Notes: generated from the sequence alone by a model not told the origin. A DNA stretch of 64,000 nucleotides from an uncultured delta proteobacterium (GCA_963816395.1 CAWFKQ010000010.1:96001-160000); one strand, 5' to 3'. Positions 9,681 to 19,586 are shown, numbered from the stretch's first letter. Numbers and translations: made by a program.

Positions 9681-11132
9681 TCAGCCGGGGGACCGGCCAG
9701 GCCGGTGGGCAGGCATCTTGCCGGCCGGAACGAGACGAGCCACGGTCTCCACATGCGGAGTCTGGGGGAACATATCGACCGGCTGCACTTCTTCGGTGCG
9801 GAAGCCGAGGCCGGCGAGCAGGTCGAGGTCGCGGGCCAGGGTGTCGGGGTTGCAGGAAACATAGAGCAGCGTACGCGGCGCGAGTTCGGCCAGGGATTGC
9901 AGGACCGGGGGCTCGCAGCCGCCGCGCGGCGGATTGACCACGATCACGGCGCCGGCGGGGAGTTCCAGCACCAGATCGTGCACTTGCTCGATGGCGTCCC
10001 CGGCGCGGAACTGGCAGCCGGCCAGACCATTGAGGCGGGCGTTCTCGCGGGCATTGCGCACCGCCTCCTCCACCGCCTCGATGCCGATCACCCGACCGGC
10101 GTCCCGGGCCAGATGCAGGGCGATGCCGCCGATGCCGCAGTAAAGATCGACGGCGCTGTCGGTCCGGGTAAGGGCGGCCCAGCGGCGCACCAGGTCGTAA
10201 ATGCGGGCGGCCTGCTGGTGGTTGACCTGGAAGAAGGCGGTAGGGGCGATGCGCAGGCGCACTTCCCCCACCTGGTCGAGGAGGTCGGGGGCGCCGAGGA
10301 CCCGCAGCGTTTCCCGGCCGAAGACGATATTGCCCTCCGAGGAATTGACGTTCTGGTGCACTCCGACCACCTCCGGCACCTTTTTCTGCAGCCACTTGGC
10401 CAGGTGGGTGATCTCCCGGAAATTGCGTTCGGCGGTGACGAAGGTGACCAGGGCCTTGTCGAAGGCGGGGCTGACCTTGATCGTCAGGTAGCGCAGCAGT
10501 CCGCGTTTCTTAACCGGATCGTAGACGAAGATCTCCTGCCGCGTCACCTCTTCCTTCACGGTACGGACGATGCGGTTGATCAGGGGGTGGTGGACGGGGC
10601 ACTCGCCGATGTCCACTACCTCGTGTGTCCCCCGGCGGTACATGCCGATCAGGATCTGCCCGCGCTGGCGGCCGAAGACCAGCTTGGCGCTGGTGCGATA
10701 GCCAAGGGGCTGCGGCGCCTTCCACAGCGGCAGTTGCCGAACTTTCGCCAGAGAGGGAAAGCGGCCCAGAGCCCGGCGGACCTGGTCCGCCTTGAAGGCG
10801 AGCTGGCCCGGATAGGCAAGATGGCTGAGCGGGCAACCCTGGCATGCCTGCACCTGCTGGCAGGGCGAGGGAACCCGCTCGGGATTCGGCGTCAGCACCT
10901 GCCGCAGCCGCCCGATCAGCCGACGCTGTCCGGCATGCTCGATCGTGACCGCAACCCTCTCTCCCGGCAAGGCGCCGGCGACCAGCACCTCCTTGCCGTC
11001 GTGGCGGACGGTTCCGAGCCCATCCTCATTGAGACCACCGATCTTCAACTCCAGGGGGGGCGGAGGCGGACTCTTCTTCTGCGGCCGCGTTCGGGCAGGG
11101 GCCGGGCGCGGCCGGGGGGGAGCTTTGGCCAT
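9681..11132 (-). CDS. rlmD: 23S rRNA m5U1939 methyltransferase
   Basis: TRAM-like start, Cys cluster (C..CQGC..ECP), AFFQVN, DLYCGIG, NPPRGG, YVSCNPDTLARD, DMFPQTPHVE. Confidence 0.92.
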   Translation of the reverse strand: MAKAPPRPRPAPARTRPQKKSPPPPPLELKIGGLNEDGLGTVRHDGKEVLVAGALPGERVAVTIEHAGQRRLIGRLRQVLTPNPERVPSPCQQVQACQGCPLSHLAYPGQLAFKADQVRRALGRFPSLAKVRQLPLWKAPQPLGYRTSAKLVFGRQRGQILIGMYRRGTHEVVDIGECPVHHPLINRIVRTVKEEVTRQEIFVYDPVKKRGLLRYLTIKVSPAFDKALVTFVTAERNFREITHLAKWLQKKVPEVVGVHQNVNSSEGNIVFGRETLRVLGAPDLLDQVGEVRLRIAPTAFFQVNHQQAARIYDLVRRWAALTRTDSAVDLYCGIGGIALHLARDAGRVIGIEAVEEAVRNARENARLNGLAGCQFRAGDAIEQVHDLVLELPAGAVIVVNPPRGGCEPPVLQSLAELAPRTLLYVSCNPDTLARDLDLLAGLGFRTEEVQPVDMFPQTPHVETVARLVPAGKMPAHRPGRSPG

Positions 11133-11163
11133 TGGAGTATCCTGCGGTGAAAGTTAAATAGAC

Positions 11164-11232
11164 AAGCTACTCTTAAATCGGGGGCGCTGTCAATCACGCC
11201 TTCTTGACTTCCTTGGCGGGCGCTCCTAAACT
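11164..11232. promoter_or_regulatory. Divergent sigma70 promoters for rlmD (-) and ispG (+)
   Basis: Minus: TTGACA-18-TAGCTT (11193-11164); plus: TTGACT-17-TAAACT (11204-11232). Confidence 0.55.
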
Positions 11233-11338
11233 CGTTTTCAACTCAGAATCCCAGCCAGTTTCCACTCGGTGCCCCCGGATATGACGTAAGCCGGCAATCT
11301 CAGCCGAACCCGGTAGTCACCCTATCACAGGAGCCCTC

Positions 11339-12400
11339 ATGCCCCGTCTCAGCCGCCGGATCGCCGTGGGAAATGTCGCCGTCGGCGGCGGCGCTCCTAT
11401 TTCCGTACAGTCGATGTGCAGTACCGATACCCGCGATGTGTCCGCTACCGTCGCCCAGATACGCCGACTGGCGGAAGCGGGTTGCGAGATCGTCCGCTGT
11501 GCCGTCCCCGACCTGGAAGCCGCCCGCGCCCTGGGGCCGATCCGGGCGCAGGTCGCCCTGCCGCTGATCGCCGATATCCATTTCGACTATCGGCTGGCGC
11601 TCACCGCCCTGGAGGCGGGAGTGGATGGGCTGCGCCTGAACCCCGGCAATATCGGAGAACCGTGGAAGGTGGGGGAGGTGGTCAAGGCCTGCGGCGAACG
11701 CCAGGTGCCGATCCGCATCGGAGTCAATGGCGGCTCCCTGGAGAAGGAGCTTCTGGCCCGCTACGGACATCCCACCCCGGAGGCGATGGTGGAGAGCGCT
11801 CTTGGCCACATCCGCATCCTCGAGGACCTGGGGTTCGAGGCGATCAAGGTCAGCCTCAAGGCCTCAGATATCCGGCGCACGGTGGAGGCCTACCGCCTGC
11901 TGGCGCGCCAGGTCGATTATCCCCTGCACATCGGTATTACAGAGGCCGGTACGACCTGGAGCGGCACCGTCAAAAGCGCTGTCGGTCTTGGCGTGTTGCT
12001 CTACGAGGGGCTCGGCGACACCCTGCGGGTCTCCTTGACCGGCGATCCGGTGGAGGAGGTGCGGGTCGGTTGGGAGATCCTCAAGGCTTTGGAACTGCGC
12101 GAGCACGGCCCGGTTTTTATCAGCTGCCCGACCTGCGGCCGCTGCCAGGTCGATCTGATTCCGGTGGCTGAGGAGGTTGAGCGGCGGCTGCGCGATCTGC
12201 CGCGAAAGATCACCGTAGCGGTCATGGGGTGCGTGGTCAATGGCCCCGGGGAAGCTCGGGAGGCCGATGTGGGGATCGCCGGTGGTAAGGGGCAGGGACT
12301 GCTTTTCCGCCGGGGAGAGGTGGTGCGCAAAGTACGCGAGAGCGAACTGGTCGAGGCGCTGGTGGAGGAAGCGCAGCGGCTGGTGGCGGAGGAAGAATAA
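11339..12400 (+). CDS. ispG: (E)-4-hydroxy-3-methylbut-2-enyl-diphosphate synthase
   Basis: PISVQSM, IADIHFDY, RLNPGNIG, RIGVNGGSL, SCPTCGR, AVMGCVVNGPGE. Confidence 0.97.
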   Translation: MPRLSRRIAVGNVAVGGGAPISVQSMCSTDTRDVSATVAQIRRLAEAGCEIVRCAVPDLEAARALGPIRAQVALPLIADIHFDYRLALTALEAGVDGLRLNPGNIGEPWKVGEVVKACGERQVPIRIGVNGGSLEKELLARYGHPTPEAMVESALGHIRILEDLGFEAIKVSLKASDIRRTVEAYRLLARQVDYPLHIGITEAGTTWSGTVKSAVGLGVLLYEGLGDTLRVSLTGDPVEEVRVGWEILKALELREHGPVFISCPTCGRCQVDLIPVAEEVERRLRDLPRKITVAVMGCVVNGPGEAREADVGIAGGKGQGLLFRRGEVVRKVRESELVEALVEEAQRLVAEEE

Positions 12401-12485
12401 CAGGTCCAGGATGCAAGGTCCATGAAAGACCTGGAAGCGGGACGCGGGACTGCTCGCCGTGAACTGCTATCCGGCATACAGCGGC

Positions 12486-12519
12486 AAAAGGCCCGGACGA
12501 TGTAACTCGTCCGGGCCTT
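12486..12519 (-). terminator. Terminator hairpin closing the minus-strand operon (may also serve ispG)
   Basis: Perfect 13-bp stem AAGGCCCGGACGA/TCGTCCGGGCCTT with a T run on the minus strand, 5 nt past stop 12525. Confidence 0.75.
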
Positions 12520-12524
12520 CGTCG

Positions 12525-14512
12525 TTATCGCAGCCCCTTCAGCAGGGCCACGTACTGGTGGTTCTGGTAAGGAACCTCGTTGTACAGGGTACGCAGAAAA
12601 GTGTGCAGCGGCCCCTCCATTGATCCGTACAGCTGATTCTTCAGTTCGAAGAAGGGGGCCTGTCCCCCGGCTTCGGCCGTCGAGGGGGGGAGGTGTCCTC
12701 GCCTCGGCCGATGGCGGTCAGCAGCCGTTCGGTTTTCTCTGCAGAACCCTGCGTAACCGAAATCACCCTGGCCATGGCCACCGTCCTGGCGAACAGGACA
12801 TCCTCCGGGGTTTCCCCCTCCGGAAAATGCTGAAGCAGGACGAAGGCGTTATCAAGCACCTCTGGAACGAGTGTCGGCACCATGGAAATCAGGGGAGCAA
12901 AAACGGGAGCGTCCCGGGAATCCCAGCCAACTGCACCTTTGGAGACCCGCAGGCGGGCGGCCAGCGGGCTTGAATATTGAAAATAATCCCGTACCCGGCC
13001 ATCGAGGGTGCATTGGAACGCCAGTTGTAAAATGCCCGGAAGATCGAGGGGGAAGATCTCGGTTGCCTGCAGCTGATAGGCGAAAGCCAGCGCGTCAGCC
13101 CGGTTGTCGGTGCTGAAGCGAGCGTGCTCGCGATAGAGCCCGGCGAGTTCCCTGGCGGCATACGCGGTGAGGAAGTAGGCATTGTCGGGGAGAATTTCGG
13201 GATTGCCCGGGGCATGGCGGGCAAACAGGTCACAGTACTGCTCCAGCGGACGGACTGCGGCGAAGATATCGGCGGCATGCTCCGGGGTGCGGTTGGCCTG
13301 GTAGTAACCGGAGAGGGTGATGGCCAGTTTGGCGGTGGTATCCCAGAGCTGGTGCATGGTCTGCAGATAGATCTTGCGATCCTCGAATCCTTCGGGCTGG
13401 CCGTCCTTCTTCTGTACGGCCGGAGCCGCCAGCTGGTCGAAATAGGCAATGGCTTTTTCCAGGTGATCGTTGGCGAGCGCCGGCAGGTTGTTGAAGAACT
13501 GCTTGGACACCAGCAGGTCGTTCCGGTCGCTGAAACGCCGGATAACATAGTTGAGAAATCCCATGTGTTCGGACAGGATTGCCGCTTTCCCCTTGCCTGT
13601 GTCGGCCCAGTTATAGGCCAGCAGATAATACTTGCGGGCCAGGTTGAATTTGGCCGCCAGATGAGCTTCATCCTTCTCGTCCTCGAAATCGTAGCGGCGG
13701 GAGGTCGCCTCGAGCAGGGCCACGGCATAGTTGAGATTGCTGTTATCGGAGTTGGCGCCGTGCATGCGCTCGACCACCTGGTCGACCATGGTCTTGTAGC
13801 CGTTCTCAATTTTCAGCTTGGGTTGGATATCGAGAATGATGGCGCTGAGGGGGTAAAGTTCCGGGATCTCCTGCTCGAGGATGGCCTTGCGGATGACCAG
13901 GTGGGCCAGGTTCTCGTAAAGATAGGGGAGGTTCCTGACGAATCCCACCTGCGCCGCCTCGGAAGGGAAGATGAGGGTCTCGAGTTCGAAGCGGAGGATG
14001 ACGTTCTGCCAGATGTGATAAGCCGCGGCAATGAAGGCATCGCGATTCCTTGCCAGGCAGGCCTGATGGGAGCGATAGACGTAATTCCAGAATTCAATCT
14101 CCGGCTGATCGGTTTTCTCCGCCAGGACCGATAGGGCCTCCTGGGCGTTTTGCAGGTGGATTTCCTGGTTGGTGGCCAGAAAGAGACAGAACTCGGCCAG
14201 GGACAGTCGATAATATTCCCGCCAGGGCAGTCCAGTGACGAAATCGGCGGGGCGGATCCGGACCGAGGGGGCGCGGCCGCCGGTGATCTCCTTGAGGAGC
14301 AGCGCCCGGTATTCCTCCAGGCTCTGCCCGAACTCCGCAGACTTGGTCTCCAGCAGCTTCTGCAGGTCCGCTCGGGGATACCAGCTGAACCGGTAGGTCA
14401 CCTCGAGAAGGCTGTCCCATTTTGGGGCCGGCGCCTCGGTGGCCTGCGCCCGGCAGCCGATCCCCAGGCAGAAGATAATCAGCAGGATCAGACGGCAGCT
14501 CATTTTCATCAT
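12525..14512 (-). CDS. Large (~660 aa) exported, predicted alpha-helical hypothetical protein
   Basis: Signal peptide MMKMSCRLILLIIFCLGIGCRAQA, AAGGAG RBS; an indel in the G7 run at ~12684-12690 restores the C-terminus ...FFELKNQLYGSMEGPLHTFLRTLYNEVPYQNHQYVALLKGLR* ending at TAA 12525. Confidence 0.8.
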
Positions 14513-14513
14513 C

Positions 14514-15863
14514 TCATCTCCTTGCCTCACAGCATTCCACTGCCTGCCGCAGGGCAGCGCAGCGGTCCGGGAAGTTTTTCCGCTCGTAATTGTAGAAATC
14601 CAGTTGGATGGAATAGGCCGAATCCGGCTGGCGTATGTCGAACAACACACCGCCCGACCGGCAGACACTCGGCCGGCTGAGCAGGGTGGCCAGTCGGGTC
14701 TTGAGTTTGATTTCCGCGCCGGGATCGAGACAGGTCCGCAGGCGATTGAGGCTCACCAGGAAGGAACGGTCGAGGTCGGCCGGGGCTACTTCGTCGAGAA
14801 AATCGAAAGAGGTCCCGCTGATGGCCGGGCTATTCCCCTCCGGTGGTGCGGCCGGCTGCACGAGGTCCGCTGCGGCCGGCAGTGCCAACTCGGTGGCGGG
14901 TTGACTGCTGAAAACCGCGAGCGCCTGGCCGGCCTGCGGCAGGGGGGCCGGCGCCCGTCCGGCACGCCGGGGCTGCGGGCGGGGGGCCGGCGGCTGCAGG
15001 TCCTCCCTGGAGGGGCGGAAAGCAGCCAGATTTTCGCGGCGGACCGGGGGCGGCAGTGCCGGCGCGGCGCTGGGGGTTTGATATTTTCGTGGCGAAAGGC
15101 CGGTGTCCACCGCCTGCAGGCCGGCGTCGGCCGGAGCGCTCAGGGCCACTGGCGCCGCCGGCAATTCCGTCGGCAGCGCCGGCCTTTCCGCTAGCGGCCG
15201 CAGATGCGGCCGGCCGGCGGGAAGAGTATCGGCTGGATGGCTGCGGAAGAGCGGGGCCCGGGCCGATGGAATCCCGGCGGCCGCCTTCGGCCGCTTTCCC
15301 TGGTAAACGGGCATTATGGGCGCAACCGGCAGTTCGGCTGCCGGCTTCAGCGCCACTTCCGCTTTTTGCCCGGGAACAGAAGGCACGGGTGGCGCCGCTC
15401 GCCGCGGGAGAGACATCGGTGCCGGCTCGGGCGGTATTGTCTGTACCACTCGGGGGGCCGGCTTCACCACTGGCGGCGGCGGTTCCGGCCGGACCGGCTT
15501 CTTCGGCATCGCTGCCGCCTGGGGAGGCTCCGGCAGCGGTTTCACCACCGGCGGCGGCACCGGCGGGGGGAGCACCGCTGGCACTTCCTCCCGGAAGCGG
15601 ACGGCGATATCCACCGGCATCGGTTCCGGGCGGACGAACTGAGCCGCCAGGTGAAAATCGGCCAGGAAAATGCCGGCCAGGGCGAGGCCGGTCATCACCA
15701 CGCTGAAGGTGATCATCCGCCACGAAAGGTCATGAACCAGATGTCCGGCCAGGTCGGCGGCCGGATTTCCCGGCGGCAGAGGAGAAGGCTCGCCGGCGCC
15801 GGCGTTCCGGGGCATGGGCAGGCCGCATACCCCCCAGCCGTAAAGGTCTTCTCCGGCAATCAC
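14514..15863 (-). CDS. TonB/TolA-like single-pass membrane protein with long Pro/Ala-rich linker and Cys-containing C-terminal domain
   Basis: One N-terminal TM helix (MITFSVVMTGLALAGIFLA), ~250-aa Pro-rich segment, ~95-aa globular tail; GTGA overlap with the upstream ExbD-like gene. Confidence 0.65.
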   Translation of the reverse strand: MIAGEDLYGWGVCGLPMPRNAGAGEPSPLPPGNPAADLAGHLVHDLSWRMITFSVVMTGLALAGIFLADFHLAAQFVRPEPMPVDIAVRFREEVPAVLPPPVPPPVVKPLPEPPQAAAMPKKPVRPEPPPPVVKPAPRVVQTIPPEPAPMSLPRRAAPPVPSVPGQKAEVALKPAAELPVAPIMPVYQGKRPKAAAGIPSARAPLFRSHPADTLPAGRPHLRPLAERPALPTELPAAPVALSAPADAGLQAVDTGLSPRKYQTPSAAPALPPPVRRENLAAFRPSREDLQPPAPRPQPRRAGRAPAPLPQAGQALAVFSSQPATELALPAAADLVQPAAPPEGNSPAISGTSFDFLDEVAPADLDRSFLVSLNRLRTCLDPGAEIKLKTRLATLLSRPSVCRSGGVLFDIRQPDSAYSIQLDFYNYERKNFPDRCAALRQAVECCEARR

Positions 15864-16315
15864 TCGGTCACTCCCCTGGGCATCGGTTTGACGATAGTTC
15901 GACTGTCCGGCAGCGACCAGACCTGGGCCAGGGCCGCCGCGGCAAAGAGAAAATCCTGGCTGAGGGAGGTTTTATCGGGCAAAAGTGCCGGCTGCACCTG
16001 CTGTTTCTTCAGCTCCTGCAGAGCCGGTATCAGGCTCTGCTCGTCGAGCGGCGTTCCATCCCTTTCACCGGCCCGCACCAGGCGGAAAGGGGAAGGGCGT
16101 TCGCCGGTGACCGGCAGGATCTGCAACTCCCAGCTCTGCTGCCGCTCCGCCAGCGGCTGCAGGCTCCTGCTGTCGGGCACCACCGGCAGATGCATTTCCG
16201 CAAGGTGCAGGGAGATATCCTGCGGCGCTCCCGGAATCATGCTCAAGCTGATCAGCAGCAGAAAGGAGAGATCGGTAAAGGCGAAAAGCCAGGTGTTTTT
16301 GGTGCGCCGCTTCAT
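15860..16315 (-). CDS. ExbD/TolR/MotB-like membrane protein
   Basis: Basic N-terminus, TM with the conserved Asp (FAFTDLSFLLLISL), LHLAEMHLP linker; directly follows the ExbB-like gene. Confidence 0.7.
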   Translation of the reverse strand: MKRRTKNTWLFAFTDLSFLLLISLSMIPGAPQDISLHLAEMHLPVVPDSRSLQPLAERQQSWELQILPVTGERPSPFRLVRAGERDGTPLDEQSLIPALQELKKQQVQPALLPDKTSLSQDFLFAAAALAQVWSLPDSRTIVKPMPRGVTE

Positions 16316-16317
16316 AG

Positions 16318-16992
16318 TCAGGCCGCCTTTCTCTCCTGCACCATGCTCACCCGGTCGGCCACCGCCGCCAGCCCCTCGTCGATGCGCTTGCGGGCCAGCG
16401 CATAAAAGATCTTGAGTAGGAATTCCAGCGTCGTGTAGCAGACGAGTCCGACGAAAGTGGTGTAGAGGGCGGTGGCGATGCCGGCAACCGTCAGGTTGCT
16501 GTTCAGGGAACCGCTGTTGGAGAGGAAGTGCACCACCATGCCGATGATGGTGCCGATGAACCCGAGGGGAGGCATCAGATTGGCGGTCAGGGCGATCGGC
16601 TCGAGAAATTTCTCTTCGAAATAACGCTCGCTGTACTGGAAGGCGGCGTCCCGGATGAAGTCATCGGGAGGCATCGTCTTATGGGAGTGGAGATCGTTGC
16701 GCTTCTCGAGCAGATAATGTTTTTTCGTCTTGCAGAAAAAGGAGGCGGCGATGATCGCCAGGGGTGCCCGGGTTCCGACCTGGTCGAAAATCTGGGTGCC
16801 GTCGCCCAGCTGCCGGAAATCGAAGCGCGCCAGGGCGCGCAGGGCCTGCCAGCACCGGGCCAGGGCATAAAAGAAGATGATCCCGATGATCAGGTAAATC
16901 GAGATTTGCAGCAGGCCCGAGAAGGCGTTGATGAAGTGGGTCAGGGCGCCGATAATCGCTTCGGAAAACTGGTTGAAAACGTTTCTCTCCAT
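16318..16992 (-). CDS. MotA/TolQ/ExbB proton-channel family protein
   Basis: MPPLGFIGTIIGMV and AGIATALYTTFVGL signature helices, three TM segments; GAGG RBS. Confidence 0.9.
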   Translation of the reverse strand: MERNVFNQFSEAIIGALTHFINAFSGLLQISIYLIIGIIFFYALARCWQALRALARFDFRQLGDGTQIFDQVGTRAPLAIIAASFFCKTKKHYLLEKRNDLHSHKTMPPDDFIRDAAFQYSERYFEEKFLEPIALTANLMPPLGFIGTIIGMVVHFLSNSGSLNSNLTVAGIATALYTTFVGLVCYTTLEFLLKIFYALARKRIDEGLAAVADRVSMVQERKAA

Positions 16993-17000
16993 GGGATTCC

Positions 17001-17567
17001 TCAACTCAGGGGGACGGGGGGGCGCGGCGGCAGGGGGGCAAGAAGGGACGGGCTTTCACGGGAGAGCCTCTCTTTAAGTGCCCGCATGCCGTCTTCCAGG
17101 TTGCCGAAACCGATATCATTGCGGTCGATGGCCGCATTGAGGAAACCCGGGTTGTCGCCGTAGCGCCGGGTCATCTCGCCCAGCATCTGGCGGGCCTCCC
17201 GGTATTCCGCCAGTTCGAGATAAACAAGCGCGCACAGCAGTTGCAGCTTGCCGATTTCCAGCCGGGTTTCCAGGTTGTTGCCGGCTTCGAAATCATTGAC
17301 AATCGGCTCCACCTGCATCTCGATGTACCGTTCGACCTCCTCGGTGAGCTCGCGCCGGGCCACCGGCTTGCGGCGGCTGCCGAGATCTATGGCGGCAGTC
17401 TGGAAATTCTTCAGGGTCATTTTGGTGCCGTGTATGTATTCCTGCTTTTTAACGATGTTCATGGGAGTGACTACGGCCGGCCGGGGTGAGGGAGTAAAAG
17501 TGGCGGTGCAGCCGCCGACCAGGGGGAGCAGGACGCCGGCGGCGGCAAGTATCCGAACAATTCTCAT
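17001..17567 (-). CDS. Lipoprotein with TPR-like helical region
   Basis: Lipobox LVGG-C20; LLCALVYLELAEYREARQMLGEMTRRYG resembles a TPR; AGGAG RBS. Confidence 0.7.
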   Translation of the reverse strand: MRIVRILAAAGVLLPLVGGCTATFTPSPRPAVVTPMNIVKKQEYIHGTKMTLKNFQTAAIDLGSRRKPVARRELTEEVERYIEMQVEPIVNDFEAGNNLETRLEIGKLQLLCALVYLELAEYREARQMLGEMTRRYGDNPGFLNAAIDRNDIGFGNLEDGMRALKERLSRESPSLLAPLPPRPPVPLS

Positions 17568-17881
17568 ACGTCGACTCCTGGTCTGAAATTCCGGCTCCGG
17601 TCTTCAGGAACGCGGCGGAAGAGATCGGTGGAATGGGGCCGGCTGCCGGTTAGAGGGGCCAAATAATATTTAATTATAAGAATATAATCGACGCTCTGAT
17701 AGAATCAAGTGCCTGCTGGAGGTTTTTCTCAGATTGTCCGTTGGGAGGTTCCGTTGGAATTGCAAGGGGTGGGAATGGCGGGAGGAGGGAAAGGTGTGAT
17801 GTCGGCGACCGTGGGTGAGGGCGAATGGCCGGTGCCGGCCGACAGGGTCCGGCACCCGCCGCGTTTCACGCCTGGGGGCGG

Positions 17882-19372
17882 TTATTTGTCCGTGCCCCGG
17901 TTCGCCGGTACCGCTCGCTTGAACGCCCAGGCCTCAATCTTCTTGATCTGCTCGGCCATGGTCACCGACAGCGGCACGGTGCGGCTGATCGCTTCCAGAA
18001 GGTCCTGCTGGATCATTTCCCGGTCCTGGGCCAGGGCCTCAAAAGCGGCGCTGGCCACCGCCTGCTCGATCTCGGCGCCGGAGAAGCCTTTGGCAGAATG
18101 GGCCAGCATGCCGGGGACGAATTTGTCCGCGGCGAAACCCCGCTTCTGCAGGTGGATGCCGAAGATCTGCTCCCTTTCGGCCAGTCCGGGCAGGGCGACG
18201 TAGAAGATTTCGTCAAAGCGCCCCTTGCGCAGCACCTCGGCCGGTAGCATTTCGATGGCATTAGCGGTGGCGGCGACGAAGACGGGATGGCGCCGTTCCT
18301 GCATCCAGGTGAGGAAATAACCAAGGACTCGCGACGCCGGTCCGCCTTCCGCCTTGAACCCCTGATTGGAGATCCCGGCCTCCATTTCGTCAATCCACAG
18401 CACGCAGGGGGCGAGCGCCTCCGCGGTCTTGCAGGCCTTGCGCAAAGAACTCTCCGGCGAACCGAAGGTCCCTTCGTACACCGTCGCCATGTCGAGTCGG
18501 ACCAGCGGCAGCCGCCAGCGGGCGGCGATCGCCTTGACGAACAGGCTCTTGCCGCAGCCGCTGATTCCCATCATCAGGACGCCGCGGGGGAGATTGCGCC
18601 CTTCGGCGAAATTCCCGGCGCCAAAGGCCTTCTCCCGTTTCTCCATCCAGCTCTTGAGGATTTCCATCCCCCCGACCTGCGCCGGCTGGATATCGTTCTC
18701 GACGAATTCCATGATCCCGCTTTTGCGCAGAATCTGCTTCTTGCTCTGGTGGAGGATGGCGACCACCTCCTTCAACCCCGCCCCCCTGGTCACCCGTGCC
18801 AGGCGCAGAGCGCGCTCGACATCGAGCAGATCAAGTCCCTGGGCGGCGGCCGTCAGATGGACCATACTCCTGTCGTCCGGCAGCAGGTCGCGCAGGGAGA
18901 CATCCTTATCCTGCTTGGCTTCGAGCCAGGCCCGAATTTCCAGCCGATTCGGCAGGCCGTGATCAAGCAGCAGGAAATTTTCACGCAGCGGCGGCGGAAT
19001 ATCAGCCTCGGCGCCGATGAAAACCAGGGTTTTCCCTGCCGGCCGGCGCACGGCGGCGAAATCTTTGAGGGTGCGCTGAATGAAAGGGTTGTCGCGCCAG
19101 AAAAATTGCATATCTTTGAAGATGAAGATGCCGGGTCCCTCCTGGGCCACCGCCCAGCGCAGCCCCGCCAGAGGGTCCTCAGTCCCTTCCTGGCCGGGAA
19201 AGCCGCCGACGCAGCTCCACTCGAGCGGCACCGGCATTCCTTTGATCCCGTGCAGCGCGGCCCGGGTGACGAGGTACTCGGTGCGGCTCTCGTTGTCGGT
19301 GGTGATGTAGATCAGGGGGGTGCCGGCAGCCACCAGCCGGCTGAAACTCACCTGGTTCAGTTCTTCCTGCAT
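17882..19372 (-). CDS. Ycf46-like AAA+ ATPase
   Basis: [10 protein letters not shown], Walker A GISGCGKS, Walker [46 protein letters not shown]; degenerate N-terminal domain. Confidence 0.85.
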   Translation of the reverse strand: MQEELNQVSFSRLVAAGTPLIYITTDNESRTEYLVTRAALHGIKGMPVPLEWSCVGGFPGQEGTEDPLAGLRWAVAQEGPGIFIFKDMQFFWRDNPFIQRTLKDFAAVRRPAGKTLVFIGAEADIPPPLRENFLLLDHGLPNRLEIRAWLEAKQDKDVSLRDLLPDDRSMVHLTAAAQGLDLLDVERALRLARVTRGAGLKEVVAILHQSKKQILRKSGIMEFVENDIQPAQVGGMEILKSWMEKREKAFGAGNFAEGRNLPRGVLMMGISGCGKSLFVKAIAARWRLPLVRLDMATVYEGTFGSPESSLRKACKTAEALAPCVLWIDEMEAGISNQGFKAEGGPASRVLGYFLTWMQERRHPVFVAATANAIEMLPAEVLRKGRFDEIFYVALPGLAEREQIFGIHLQKRGFAADKFVPGMLAHSAKGFSGAEIEQAVASAAFEALAQDREMIQQDLLEAISRTVPLSVTMAEQIKKIEAWAFKRAVPANRGTDK

Positions 19373-19586
19373 GGCGATTCCTCGCAAGGGATGGCCGGCG
19401 GTGGATTCCGTCGGCAAATTCACATTAAACTCCCTGTGCCGGCAAATGTCCACCTTTTGCCGCCCTGTCAGGAGACGAGTTTCCTTGCATTTCGGACCGA
19501 AATACGCTAGTTTCCGTCCGGAAACGGTTCTTTTCCGTCATGGCGGCGAGTTGCGCCGCCCGCATCTGCCATCGAGGTTTTATCCC

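Noticed and set aside
11240..11338. ~100-nt ispG leader as a riboswitch
   Set aside because: No known aptamer consensus or terminator recognisable by eye
14850..15600. GC-rich low-complexity stretch as a repeat array or CRISPR
   Set aside because: Explained by Pro/Ala codons; no regular repeat-spacer structure here or elsewhere in the window
17660..17690. AT-rich patch as a Fur box for a Ton system
   Set aside because: Only about 9 of 19 positions match GATAATGATAATCATTATC in the alignment tried; treated as a generic promoter region
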